A stretch of 12,803 bases of DNA from Armatimonadota bacterium. Its GTDB lineage: Bacteria; Sysuimicrobiota; Sysuimicrobiia; Sysuimicrobiales; Humicultoraceae. Position numbers and translations under genes: made by a program. The stretch is taken from positions 1 through 12,803 of the forward strand of contig JBQTJP010000112.1 of assembly GCA_052386995.1 (NCBI GenBank). Direction: 5' to 3'. Under the pieces are notes generated by a model, which was not told where the DNA came from, did not search any database, and saw only the letters and a program-made list of their open reading frames with translations. Position 1 is the stretch's first letter, and each line of letters begins with the position of its first letter. Shown here in pieces: positions 1 to 7,740 of the stretch.

Positions 1-137
1 GATGCTGCCCGCGCGACCAGGAAGAGCATGGGGCCGGCCGCGGCCGCCGCAATCAGGACGGACGGGACGAGGAGCGTCCACGGCACGGGCCGGCCGGTCG
101 CGCCCGGCGCGAAGCGATCGGCGGCCGCGGCCCTCAC
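1..137 (-). CDS. Probable Fe(III) ABC transporter permease (FbpB/FutB-like), N-terminal fragment, truncated by the window edge
   Basis: Not in the ORF track. A GTG at 137 lies 1 nt after the TAA of the binding-protein gene. It translates as MRAAAADRFAPGATGRPVPWTLLVPSVLIAAAAAGPMLFLVARAA, a hydrophobic helix ending in P-x-L-F-L-V-x-R-A, typical of the first TM segment of FbpB-type permeases. The position is the one expected in a binding protein-permease operon. Confidence 0.7.
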   Translation of the reverse strand, partial: MRAAAADRFAPGATGRPVPWTLLVPSVLIAAAAAGPMLFLVARAA

Positions 138-138
138 G

Positions 139-1152
139 TTACTTGAAGGAACCGTCTCGGATCAGCCGCAGCGTGCTCGCGCGCAGGTCGCCGAGTTGCT
201 GGTAGGTCACCGCCATGCGCTTGAACTGGGTAAGCGGCCGCACCTGTGGGTGGAGCGGCACCCCCGGGAGCATCGGATACTCGAAATTGGCCTTCGCGTA
301 GAACTCCTGCGCTTTGGCGTCGGCGGCGAGGAAGTCAACCAAACGCCGCGCGCCGGCCTGATTCGGCGCACCGAGCACGATCCCAATGCCTGTTGGGGAA
401 AAGAGCGCGCCCATGCCATCCGGGCCCTGATCCGGGTAGATGGCATCGATGTTCCGGCTGCCCTCTGCCACCTGGAGATGATAGTAGTAGTGGTTCGCCA
501 CGCCCACTGCCGCCTCGCCGCGCGCGATCGCCTCGCGAACCTGCGTGCCTCCGGCGACCAGCACCGGCCGGTTGTCGCGAAGACGGTTGAAGAACAGCAT
601 CGTCCACTGGTCGCCCCGGACCAGGCGCAGCGCCGACAACCACGCCACGACGTACTCATTGGTGAATACGGGCATCACGATGCGTCCCTGCCAGCGCTGG
701 TCCACCAGATCGAGCATCGAGACAGGCGCGGTCAGCTTGTTCCAGGCCAGGCGGTCGCGGTTCACCATGAGGACGTGCGCGCGGCCCGAAAGCCCGATCC
801 AGGCGCCGTCGCTCGCCCGAAACTCCACTGGCAGCCGCCGTACCGCCTGGCTCAGATATGGGTCGAGCAGGCCCTCACGCCGCAGCGCTTCGAGGATCGA
901 GACCTCGTTCGAGATGATGACGTCGGCGCGAGGTTTGCTTCGCTCTTCGAGCAGCAGGTTGGCGAGCTCACCCGCGGTGCCGGACCGCACGGTTACGCGC
1001 AGCCCGGTTTGCTGACGGAACCGGTCGATGATGGGAAGGATCAGCGGCTCACGTCGGGCGGAATAGACCACAACGACGGACGGCTGCGCGGCAACGGATC
1101 CGCACATGAGGAGCATGAGTACGAAGACGAGGGCAGTCCTGATCGTTCTCAA
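139..1152 (-). CDS. Fe(III) ABC transporter substrate-binding protein (FbpA/FutA family)
   Basis: The ORF track gives 139..1335. The likely start is the in-frame TTG at 1152, with AGGAGG (plus-strand cctcct 1161-1166) 8 nt upstream. A Sec signal peptide follows (MRTIRTALVFVLMLLMCGSVAA/Q). Family motifs are VVVYSAR, ADV, WIGLSGRAHVLMVN, the twin-Tyr iron ligands in NHYY, and NFEYP. Confidence 0.88.
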   Translation of the reverse strand: MRTIRTALVFVLMLLMCGSVAAQPSVVVVYSARREPLILPIIDRFRQQTGLRVTVRSGTAGELANLLLEERSKPRADVIISNEVSILEALRREGLLDPYLSQAVRRLPVEFRASDGAWIGLSGRAHVLMVNRDRLAWNKLTAPVSMLDLVDQRWQGRIVMPVFTNEYVVAWLSALRLVRGDQWTMLFFNRLRDNRPVLVAGGTQVREAIARGEAAVGVANHYYYHLQVAEGSRNIDAIYPDQGPDGMGALFSPTGIGIVLGAPNQAGARRLVDFLAADAKAQEFYAKANFEYPMLPGVPLHPQVRPLTQFKRMAVTYQQLGDLRASTLRLIRDGSFK

Positions 1153-1220
1153 CAGACGAGCCTCCTGCGCCCCTTCATGAGCGGTCAAGCGCCTGCGTCG
1201 ACCGCGGGTCCGGGCCAGAG

Positions 1221-1253
1221 ATTCTTGACTAATTTCGTCATATATACTAACGT
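1221..1253. promoter_or_regulatory. AT-rich promoter/operator island with a 7-1-7 inverted repeat
   Basis: The stretch attcttgactaatttcgtcatatatactaacgt stands out in high-GC DNA. It contains TGACTAA-T-TTCGTCA (1226-1240, one mismatch). The minus strand has a -10-like TAGTAT (1249-1244). The plus strand has TTGACT (1225-1230)-N17-TAACGT (1248-1253) and also TATACT (1243-1248). Confidence 0.6.
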
Positions 1254-1425
1254 CCCTGCGGGCCGAGAGGTTGCGTCGCGTCGTGCCCAGGATGATCGTC
1301 TCTGGTGAGAGAGCCCGGAGAGAACGGCTGGGCAAGATCAGGGCGCGGTCCGGAGAGGGGGCGCCTGGGCGCGAACCGCGGCGCCAGACTGTGCGGCGCC
1401 CCCTCGGGGATCTACCCGATCGGCC
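1252..1425 (+). ncRNA. Candidate structured non-coding RNA, family unknown
   Basis: Several nested complementary segments, four of which rely on G-U pairs on the + strand, lie downstream of a sigma70-like promoter. I did not recognise an Rfam family. Confidence 0.35.
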
Positions 1426-2216
1426 TACTGCTCACACGGCGGCAGCTCGATCGTGATGGCCGCGCCGACGTCGACAAAATCCATATTGGCGAGGTGCTTG
1501 CCGGATTCGTCGAACATCTCCATCCGGCGCGGGACTCCGCGGTCGGCGAGCACGTGCATGCGAGTCTTGTTGGTCCGTCCTCGTTCGGTCATGGCCATCT
1601 CGTAGACCTGCGTCCGCGCGCCCTCTACGTTTCCATCGGCGAGCTTCGTCACGGTGATGTCCGCCTGCGCCTGAGACTGCGATTGGGATCCGCCCCCACC
1701 CTCGGCGAGCTGCGTGCACTTCCACTTGCCCGGCTCCTCCCCTGCGGTCGCGGCCTGCGCCATGCGGGAAGCGGCCTGAGAGATTACGTAACTCACCGCC
1801 ATCCCCACAGGGTTGGTGATCCACCCGATGATGCTGCTGATTCCCCCGCCGAAGGCCTGATTGAACACGGAGCGCTGCATGTCGTACATCTGCTGGCCCC
1901 GGGGGAGGAGCGTCGTGCGCCTACGCATGTCCCGTCCCACGATGACGACTTCCTGGATCGCAATATCCGCCTGCCGCATGGTCATCTTACTCCGATCGGG
2001 AGCGACGATCTCCGAGGTCATGCTGAACTCGAACCCCTGCGAAGCCACTCCGGGCGCCAGACCCATCGTCATCCGGTGGGTTTTCGCCTCACCGAGACGT
2101 GTGTACGCCGCCTGAATCTCATCCCACGCGCGCGCGTCGCCCTTCACCGTGGTCTGCGCGGGGAGCGCGGCGGCCACAAGAAGCACCAGGCCAAGGGCGA
2201 TCCCGATGTGTCGCAT
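1425..2216 (-). CDS. Secreted hypothetical protein, possible LolA/LppX-LprAFG-like beta fold
   Basis: GGAGGTG RBS (2231-2225) lies upstream of ATG 2216. There is a signal peptide (MRHIGIALGLVLLVAAALPA/Q). Alternating beta-strand patterns (EIVAPDRSKMTM, QEVVIVG, TRMHVLADRGVPRRMEM) and the C-terminal DFVDVGAAITIELP resemble LppX/LprAFG-like proteins. The CDS is well supported; the fold is inference. Confidence 0.65.
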   Translation of the reverse strand: MRHIGIALGLVLLVAAALPAQTTVKGDARAWDEIQAAYTRLGEAKTHRMTMGLAPGVASQGFEFSMTSEIVAPDRSKMTMRQADIAIQEVVIVGRDMRRRTTLLPRGQQMYDMQRSVFNQAFGGGISSIIGWITNPVGMAVSYVISQAASRMAQAATAGEEPGKWKCTQLAEGGGGSQSQSQAQADITVTKLADGNVEGARTQVYEMAMTERGRTNKTRMHVLADRGVPRRMEMFDESGKHLANMDFVDVGAAITIELPPCEQ

Positions 2217-2248
2217 GCGGTCTACACCTCCTGCACTTCACGCCTCGA

Positions 2249-3607
2249 TCAAGGCTGAATCCCCGTCAATTCGCCCATCGCCGACTTGATCGCCGCCTCG
2301 GGGTACGCAAAGTCTTCGAGCTTGCCCGCCAGGTGCGCCTCATACGCTCCGAGATCGAAGTGCCCGTGGCCGGACAGACCGAAGAGAATCGTCCGCGGCT
2401 TGCCCTCGACCTTGGCCTCGATCGCCTCGTCGATGACTTTGCGAATGGCATGGGCCGATTCCGGCGCCGGGATGATCCCCTCCGTCCGCGCAAACTGTAA
2501 GGCAGCATCGAAGACGGTCCGCTGCTGGTAGGCAACGGCCTCGACGTACTTGTGATGGTACAGCAGGCACAGCAGCGGCGCGTCGCCATGGTACCGCAGT
2601 CCTCCGGCGTGGATGCCCGGGGGGACGAACGTATGCCCGAGGGTGTACATCTTTATGAGCGGGGTCGTCGCCGCGGTGTCGCCGAAATCGTAGAGATAGT
2701 CGCCGCGGGTCAATGTTGGACAGGCCTCGGGCTCCACCGCCACGAACCGCGTCTTGCCGCCCTTGAACTTCTCGGGCATGAACGGAAACGCGAGCCCCGA
2801 GAAGTTGCTGCCGCCGCCGACGCATCCGATGATGACATCCGGCCCATGGCCCGCCATCTCCATCTGCTTCCGGGCTTCCCGTCCGATGACGGTCTGGTGC
2901 ATCAACACGTGATTGAGCACGCTGCCCAGCGAGTACTTCGCGTCGTCATGGGTCGCGGCGTCTTCGACAGCTTCGCTGATGGCGATGCCGAGGCTGCCGG
3001 GAGAGTCCGGCGTTTTCTGCCGCACGCCGCGGCCGGCGTTGGTGCGGTCGGAGGGGCTGGGCAGGACATCTGCCCCCCAGGTCTGCATCATGACCTTGCG
3101 ATATGGTTTCTGCTCATAAGACACGCGCACCATGTAGACCGTGCACTGAAGGTCGAAGAACCGGCAGGCCAGCGCAAGCGCGCTGCCCCACTGCCCCGCT
3201 CCCGTTTCGGTAGTGAGCCGCCGCACGCCCTCCTGCTTGTTGTAGAACGCCTGCGCCACAGCGGTGTTTGGCTTGTGGCTGCCCGCGGGGCTGGTGCCTT
3301 CGTACTTGTAGTAGATGCGGGCCGGCGTGTCCAGCGCCTTCTCCAGCCGCCGCGCGCGGTGCAGCGGCGTCGGCCGCCAGAGCCGGTAGACCTCTCGCAC
3401 CGGTTCGGGGATCTCGATCTCACGGTCGGTGCTGACCTCTTGCATGATGAGGGCCATGGGGAACAGTGGCGCCAGATCCGCCGGGCCGATGGGCTGCTTG
3501 GTGCCTGGGTGGATGACCGGGAACGGTTTGACCGGCAGGTCCGCGGCTATGTTGTACCAGGCCTTCGGAATGTCCGCCTCACCGAGCAGGATCTTGGTGA
3601 CATCCAT
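2249..3607 (-). CDS. trpB2: Tryptophan synthase beta chain-like PLP enzyme, type 2 (TrpB2), stand-alone
   Basis: Motifs are [14 protein letters not shown], the PLP lysine in [64 protein letters not shown] and LSGHG. Length is 452 aa, and an AGGAGGTG RBS sits at 3620-3613. No other trp genes are in the window. Confidence 0.95.
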   Translation of the reverse strand: MDVTKILLGEADIPKAWYNIAADLPVKPFPVIHPGTKQPIGPADLAPLFPMALIMQEVSTDREIEIPEPVREVYRLWRPTPLHRARRLEKALDTPARIYYKYEGTSPAGSHKPNTAVAQAFYNKQEGVRRLTTETGAGQWGSALALACRFFDLQCTVYMVRVSYEQKPYRKVMMQTWGADVLPSPSDRTNAGRGVRQKTPDSPGSLGIAISEAVEDAATHDDAKYSLGSVLNHVLMHQTVIGREARKQMEMAGHGPDVIIGCVGGGSNFSGLAFPFMPEKFKGGKTRFVAVEPEACPTLTRGDYLYDFGDTAATTPLIKMYTLGHTFVPPGIHAGGLRYHGDAPLLCLLYHHKYVEAVAYQQRTVFDAALQFARTEGIIPAPESAHAIRKVIDEAIEAKVEGKPRTILFGLSGHGHFDLGAYEAHLAGKLEDFAYPEAAIKSAMGELTGIQP

Positions 3608-3658
3608 TCTCGCACCTCCTCGGGCTCAGGACAGGTCCAGGGTCATGGTTCCGGAGTT

Positions 3659-5506
3659 CTACTCCGGCGCGGGCGGTTCCTCGGAAGGTCCATCGGAAGA
3701 TTGTGGCGGCACGAGCCCTGCGGGCGCGGCGGTGGCAAGATCTGACGGCACAGCCTCCGGCGCCTGTTCCCCAGCCGAGCGCCGTGATCGCACCTGCAAC
3801 GCGCGCATCCTGTTGAGGATCACTGCGACCTCATGACGCCGGGGCATCGCATGCTCCCCCGATGCATCGTGCTCGCGCGCCAGGACTTCCAGTCCAGACC
3901 GCTCGATGTCGGCAAACACACGGTCGAGCGCCCCGGCAATGGACATCGCGCCGTCGAAGTATTCTCTCTCGATCGCATAGAGGAGCGCCGAGCCCGCCGC
4001 TCGCGCCTGGCTGGCGTCGACGAGCTGCTTCACCCCACCGAGTTCAACCGTCTCACGGCCCACGGCCAGGGTATTGCGACCTCGCATCTCCACACGCTCG
4101 CGTCCCCGCAGGCCGGCGAAGCCCCGGGGCTGAGGGTAGCGCGGCGCGGGCGAGAGCACAGGCGCGTCGTGCTCGCGCCGCGCGATCCCGGCCACAACGG
4201 TTCGGGCGCGTGCGGTTCCCGCGGTCGGTTGAAATCCTTCCATAACGATGACGGTGTCGGCCGCCGCGAGATAGTCGCCCAGGCCGCCCGTCACAATGAT
4301 CGACGAGATGCCGCGGGACTCCCACAGCGGCCGGAGATGGTCGATCAGCGGGGTCAGGGGCTCCTGGCTTCTGGGGACCATCTGCCGCATGACCGCGTCG
4401 CGGGCCAGGAACGCCACGACGCTCTCATCCTCATCGCACAGCAGTAGGCTGGTCCCGACCTCCAGCGCCTCGACGGTCGCGGCGGCCATGGCCTCCACAC
4501 CCGTCGCATGCTCGACGGCGAACGCCGTCACATCGTGTCGCTGCGGGACCTCGCGGATGAACGCGCTGACGTCGACCCGCTCGATGCGGCGGCCGGGCTC
4601 GCTGCGGATCATGACGGCATCGGGGAGCGCGGCCACGTACTCACGGCCGTCACCGGGCACGTGCGGATAGACACCGGCACCGATCGCGGCCAGCAGTGTG
4701 GACTTCCCGCTGAATCCTCCGCCGCAGACGACGGTGACCCCTTTGCGGATCCCCAGGCCGCGCACCGGCCCGCGGTGAGGAAGCGTCACAGTCACCGCAA
4801 GATCATCGGGGGCGTGCAGCGCCACCCCACGCCCGCGCAGTGGCCCATCGCCAAACCCGGGCTCGCGGGGCAGGATCGAGCCATCGGCGAGAAAAGCCGC
4901 CAATCCCAGCGGCGTCAGGGCGTCACGGAGGACAAGGTAGTCCTCGACGACCGCGACGTGCCGGCGGCCCGCGTCCGCGTCGAGGTTCGTCCAGATGAGT
5001 CCAGCGCTGACGATGGCGGGGAGTTCCTCGAAGAGGAGCGTGTGCGCGGCCCTGGTCAGCACCTTGCGTCCCTCGGAGGGCAGGCCGACCGCGAGCCGCA
5101 TCTCAATGGAGGCTTCGGTCACCGTGCATGCCGTGCGCGCGAGAATGGTCTGCCCGCCGGCGTCGATCGCGAGCGGCACCAGCCGGCCCGACCAGCGGGA
5201 CCGGACGTGCTTGCGGATCGCCTCCTGCACCCGGCGCGTGAGAAAGTCCGCGACGGCCATGTGCTGCACGGGCGCCGACCACAGCGCCTGCGGAACTTGC
5301 GCCTCCGCCTGGTCGATCCGCACCCGTGCGCTGGTGGGAGCGGCGACCGGGTCGGATTGGATGCTGTCGAGATAGAGGACGAACCGCTCGAACCGATACG
5401 CGCCGGCAAGGTCCTGATACGCCTGGAAGCCTTTGCCGTTCATGGCGACGAGCTTGTCGCGCAGCCGGTCGGCGGGCAGCATGGCTGCATCGGATGCCCG
5501 AATCAT
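3659..5506 (-). CDS. ABC-class ATPase domain protein (COG3044 / Pfam ABC_ATPase, MRB1590-like)
   Basis: The N-terminus reads GKGFQAYQDLAG...QSDPVAAP. Further motifs are FLADGSILPR, GIRKGVTVVCGGGFSGKSTLL (Walker A), GVYPHVPGDGRE, LLLCDED (Walker B), EPLTP, GGLGDY, QLVDASQAR and the C-terminal PRRHEVAVILNRMR. There are no TM segments. The start could be 5506 (GGGGAG about 11 nt upstream) or the next Met. Confidence 0.88.
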   Translation of the reverse strand: MIRASDAAMLPADRLRDKLVAMNGKGFQAYQDLAGAYRFERFVLYLDSIQSDPVAAPTSARVRIDQAEAQVPQALWSAPVQHMAVADFLTRRVQEAIRKHVRSRWSGRLVPLAIDAGGQTILARTACTVTEASIEMRLAVGLPSEGRKVLTRAAHTLLFEELPAIVSAGLIWTNLDADAGRRHVAVVEDYLVLRDALTPLGLAAFLADGSILPREPGFGDGPLRGRGVALHAPDDLAVTVTLPHRGPVRGLGIRKGVTVVCGGGFSGKSTLLAAIGAGVYPHVPGDGREYVAALPDAVMIRSEPGRRIERVDVSAFIREVPQRHDVTAFAVEHATGVEAMAAATVEALEVGTSLLLCDEDESVVAFLARDAVMRQMVPRSQEPLTPLIDHLRPLWESRGISSIIVTGGLGDYLAAADTVIVMEGFQPTAGTARARTVVAGIARREHDAPVLSPAPRYPQPRGFAGLRGRERVEMRGRNTLAVGRETVELGGVKQLVDASQARAAGSALLYAIEREYFDGAMSIAGALDRVFADIERSGLEVLAREHDASGEHAMPRRHEVAVILNRMRALQVRSRRSAGEQAPEAVPSDLATAAPAGLVPPQSSDGPSEEPPAPE

Positions 5507-5593
5507 CAGTCGTACGTCTCCCCGTGCGCGTCGTGTGCGCGGGCGGCAGTGCCGGACATGGCGGTCCTTACCGCGCGGGTGGGGCGGCCTGAA

Positions 5594-6976
5594 CTACCGG
5601 GAGGCCGCCGGTACGCGCTGCTGCGCCTGACCGAGGCGCTGCCGCGCCAGTTGATGTGCGCGCTGGAGCTGCGAGTCGCGCCCCTGATCGAGCTCGGCGG
5701 TCGACTGAGCGACCTGGACGTCGGGGGCCACGCCGACCCCCTCCAGACGCTTGCCGGAGCCCGAGGCCAGCCGCAGGATCGTGATGGACAGCGCTGAGCC
5801 GTCGGACAGATCGACGACAATACTCGCCTCAACGGCGCCGCTCGATTTCGCGCCCATCAGCGTGGCGCGACCGTGTTCCTGCAGTGCGGCCGCCAGGAGC
5901 TCGGCTGCCGACGCCGAGGCCTCATCCAAGAGGACCACGACGGGCACATGCGACGGCAGGATGGGTGCTCCCGAGGTACGGACCGTCCGCGACGCGCCGC
6001 CCCGGGTGATCTCCTGATAGATCGCGCGACCAGGCAGGAGCAGAGTGTTGAGAACCAGGGCCAGCTCATGCACGTAGCCGCCGCTGTTCGCACGGACGTC
6101 GAGGATGAGCGCGCGCATGCCTCCGGCGAGCATCCGCTGCAGGGCATCGCGGAACTCGGTGCCGGTGCGTGTGCTGAACTGATAGAGCTGCAGGTATCCG
6201 ACCCCACCATCCATGACGCGGGTCTGGAAAATCGAAGGCACCTGAATCGGTGCGCGCGTGACCGTGACGTTGACCGGATCGGCACGGCCCGGGCGGTCCA
6301 AGATGATCGACACCGCCGTCCCGGCCGGCCCGCGGATCATGCCCGAGAGCTGGTCAACTTGAAGTCCGGTCGTGGACACGTTGTCCACGCGCACGATGCG
6401 GTCGAGTTGCTGCACGCCGGCAGCCTGAGCGGGACTCCCCGGAACGACGTCGCGGACGTAAAAGCGACCTTCCCGCGGCATCAGGACGATGCCGGCGCCT
6501 GTGAAACCGGCCTGACCTTGGAGTTTCAACTGGCGCTCGCGGTTTGCCTCGGCCGAGACGAATCCGGTATGCGAATCCTTGAGTACGGCCGTCATACTGC
6601 GGATGGCGGCATGCGAGAGAGCCGTCGGGGTCACACGGGTGCCCGCGGCTGCCGTTGCCGCATCGAATCGGACGCGAAACGCGGCCTCGGCCTGGGGGTC
6701 CGACGAGCCGGATGTGATCTCCGGGATCTCGGCGGCTGCACCCGCGGCCGAAAGCGACGTCTTCAGGCCCCCGATCGCGCCGTTGAGCAGGGCCACGCTG
6801 TCGACCGGTTCCACGTACCGGGCGCGCAGCTGCCGCAGCGCCTCCAGGACCAGGCCGGCGTCGGCCGCCTGTGCGTGCGGAGCCGCGAGAGGCAGGAGCG
6901 TGACGATCAGGAGCAGAGCGAACGCTGGAAGCATGTGCGCCCGCAGTCGAAGGTTAAGGAATTTCATCGCCGGCAC
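5594..6976 (-). CDS. S41 family peptidase with PDZ domain (CtpA-like, exported)
   Basis: A signal peptide ends near AHAQA. Motifs are DSHTGF, a PDZ region (FTGAGI...VPGSPAQAAG...IRGPAGTAV), GYLQL, LILDVRANSGG, the catalytic Ser motif SASAAE and LEGVGVAPD. The exact start (GTG 6976, ATG 6967 or a later Met) is uncertain. Confidence 0.9.
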   Translation of the reverse strand: MPAMKFLNLRLRAHMLPAFALLLIVTLLPLAAPHAQAADAGLVLEALRQLRARYVEPVDSVALLNGAIGGLKTSLSAAGAAAEIPEITSGSSDPQAEAAFRVRFDAATAAAGTRVTPTALSHAAIRSMTAVLKDSHTGFVSAEANRERQLKLQGQAGFTGAGIVLMPREGRFYVRDVVPGSPAQAAGVQQLDRIVRVDNVSTTGLQVDQLSGMIRGPAGTAVSIILDRPGRADPVNVTVTRAPIQVPSIFQTRVMDGGVGYLQLYQFSTRTGTEFRDALQRMLAGGMRALILDVRANSGGYVHELALVLNTLLLPGRAIYQEITRGGASRTVRTSGAPILPSHVPVVVLLDEASASAAELLAAALQEHGRATLMGAKSSGAVEASIVVDLSDGSALSITILRLASGSGKRLEGVGVAPDVQVAQSTAELDQGRDSQLQRAHQLARQRLGQAQQRVPAASR

Positions 6977-6999
6977 TCACTCCATTCGACCTGTTGATT

Positions 7000-7728
7000 T
7001 CAGATCGCTGGCCGGATCGGCACCAGCCGGATCAACCAGGTGTTGAGGGTAAAGAGCAGATCCGTTACCATTGCTGTGCCCATTACGAGCAGAAACACGC
7101 CGCTGATCGTCGTCACGGCCCTGGCATTGCGGCGGAGCCATCCCATCGCGTCAAACGCCGCGGTCATCAGGATCGCCGTCACGAGAAACGGCACGCCCAG
7201 CCCCAGGGAATAGGCGAAGAGCAGCAGCGCGCCGCTGGCGGCGGTCTTCGTCGCCGCGGCCAGGGTCAGCACGGCCGTGAGCACCGGACCGACGCAGGGG
7301 GTCCAGGCAAATCCAAACGCCATCCCCACCGGAAACGCGCCGAGGAGCCCAAGCGGCCGGCGCTGCATGTGGAACCGCCGCTCGCGATACAGCCCCGGGA
7401 CTTTGATGATCCCCAGAACCGCCAGGCCCAGGAAGATGACAACGGCGCCGCCGATTCGGGAGAGCAGCAGCCGATTCCCGAGCACCAGATCCCCCAGGGC
7501 GGAGGCCGACGCCCCCATCGCCGTGAAGATCACAGAAAAACCGAGAATAAAGAGCGACGTTGCCAGGAGCACGCGGCCCAGGTGCCGGCGCCGCTCTTCC
7601 AGGCTCATCTCCGCCAGGGAGACTCCCGAGACAAACGACAGGTATCCTGGGATCAGCGGCACGATGCACGGGCTCAAGAAGCCCAACAGGCCGGCCGCGA
7701 ACGCCAGAATGAGATTGATCTCGCTCAT
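7000..7728 (-). CDS. ccdA: Cytochrome c biogenesis protein CcdA (DsbD beta-domain thiol-disulfide transporter)
   Basis: About six hydrophobic helices, with the two redox Cys motifs FLSPCIVPLIPGYLS and FAWTPCVGPVL, plus YSLGLGVPF. A GAGGA RBS lies at 7740-7736. Confidence 0.93.
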   Translation of the reverse strand: MSEINLILAFAAGLLGFLSPCIVPLIPGYLSFVSGVSLAEMSLEERRRHLGRVLLATSLFILGFSVIFTAMGASASALGDLVLGNRLLLSRIGGAVVIFLGLAVLGIIKVPGLYRERRFHMQRRPLGLLGAFPVGMAFGFAWTPCVGPVLTAVLTLAAATKTAASGALLLFAYSLGLGVPFLVTAILMTAAFDAMGWLRRNARAVTTISGVFLLVMGTAMVTDLLFTLNTWLIRLVPIRPAI

Positions 7729-7740
7729 GATCTATCCTCG

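Noticed and set aside
1153..1335. N-terminal extension of the iron-binding protein in the ORF track
   Set aside because: A strong RBS and signal peptide place the start at TTG 1152, and the extension runs through the promoter island.
1315..1385. CRISPR-like repeat
   Set aside because: There are only two degenerate, nearly adjacent copies, with no spacers and no cas genes.
1253..1424. Known riboswitch (cobalamin, lysine, glycine) or SRP RNA upstream of the ABC transporter
   Set aside because: I could not find the diagnostic conserved cores on either strand, and the structure favours the strand opposite to the transporter. A cmscan search is still needed.
3651..3667. Inverted repeat CCGGAGT-tct-ACTCCGG over the ATPase stop codon as a terminator
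   Set aside because: There is no U-tract on the coding strand, and the repeat is short and overlaps the CDS end.
5506..5832. 108-aa minus-strand ORF bridging the S41 and ATPase genes
   Set aside because: Most of it overlaps the S41 gene in another frame, and it has a low-information Arg/Ser composition.
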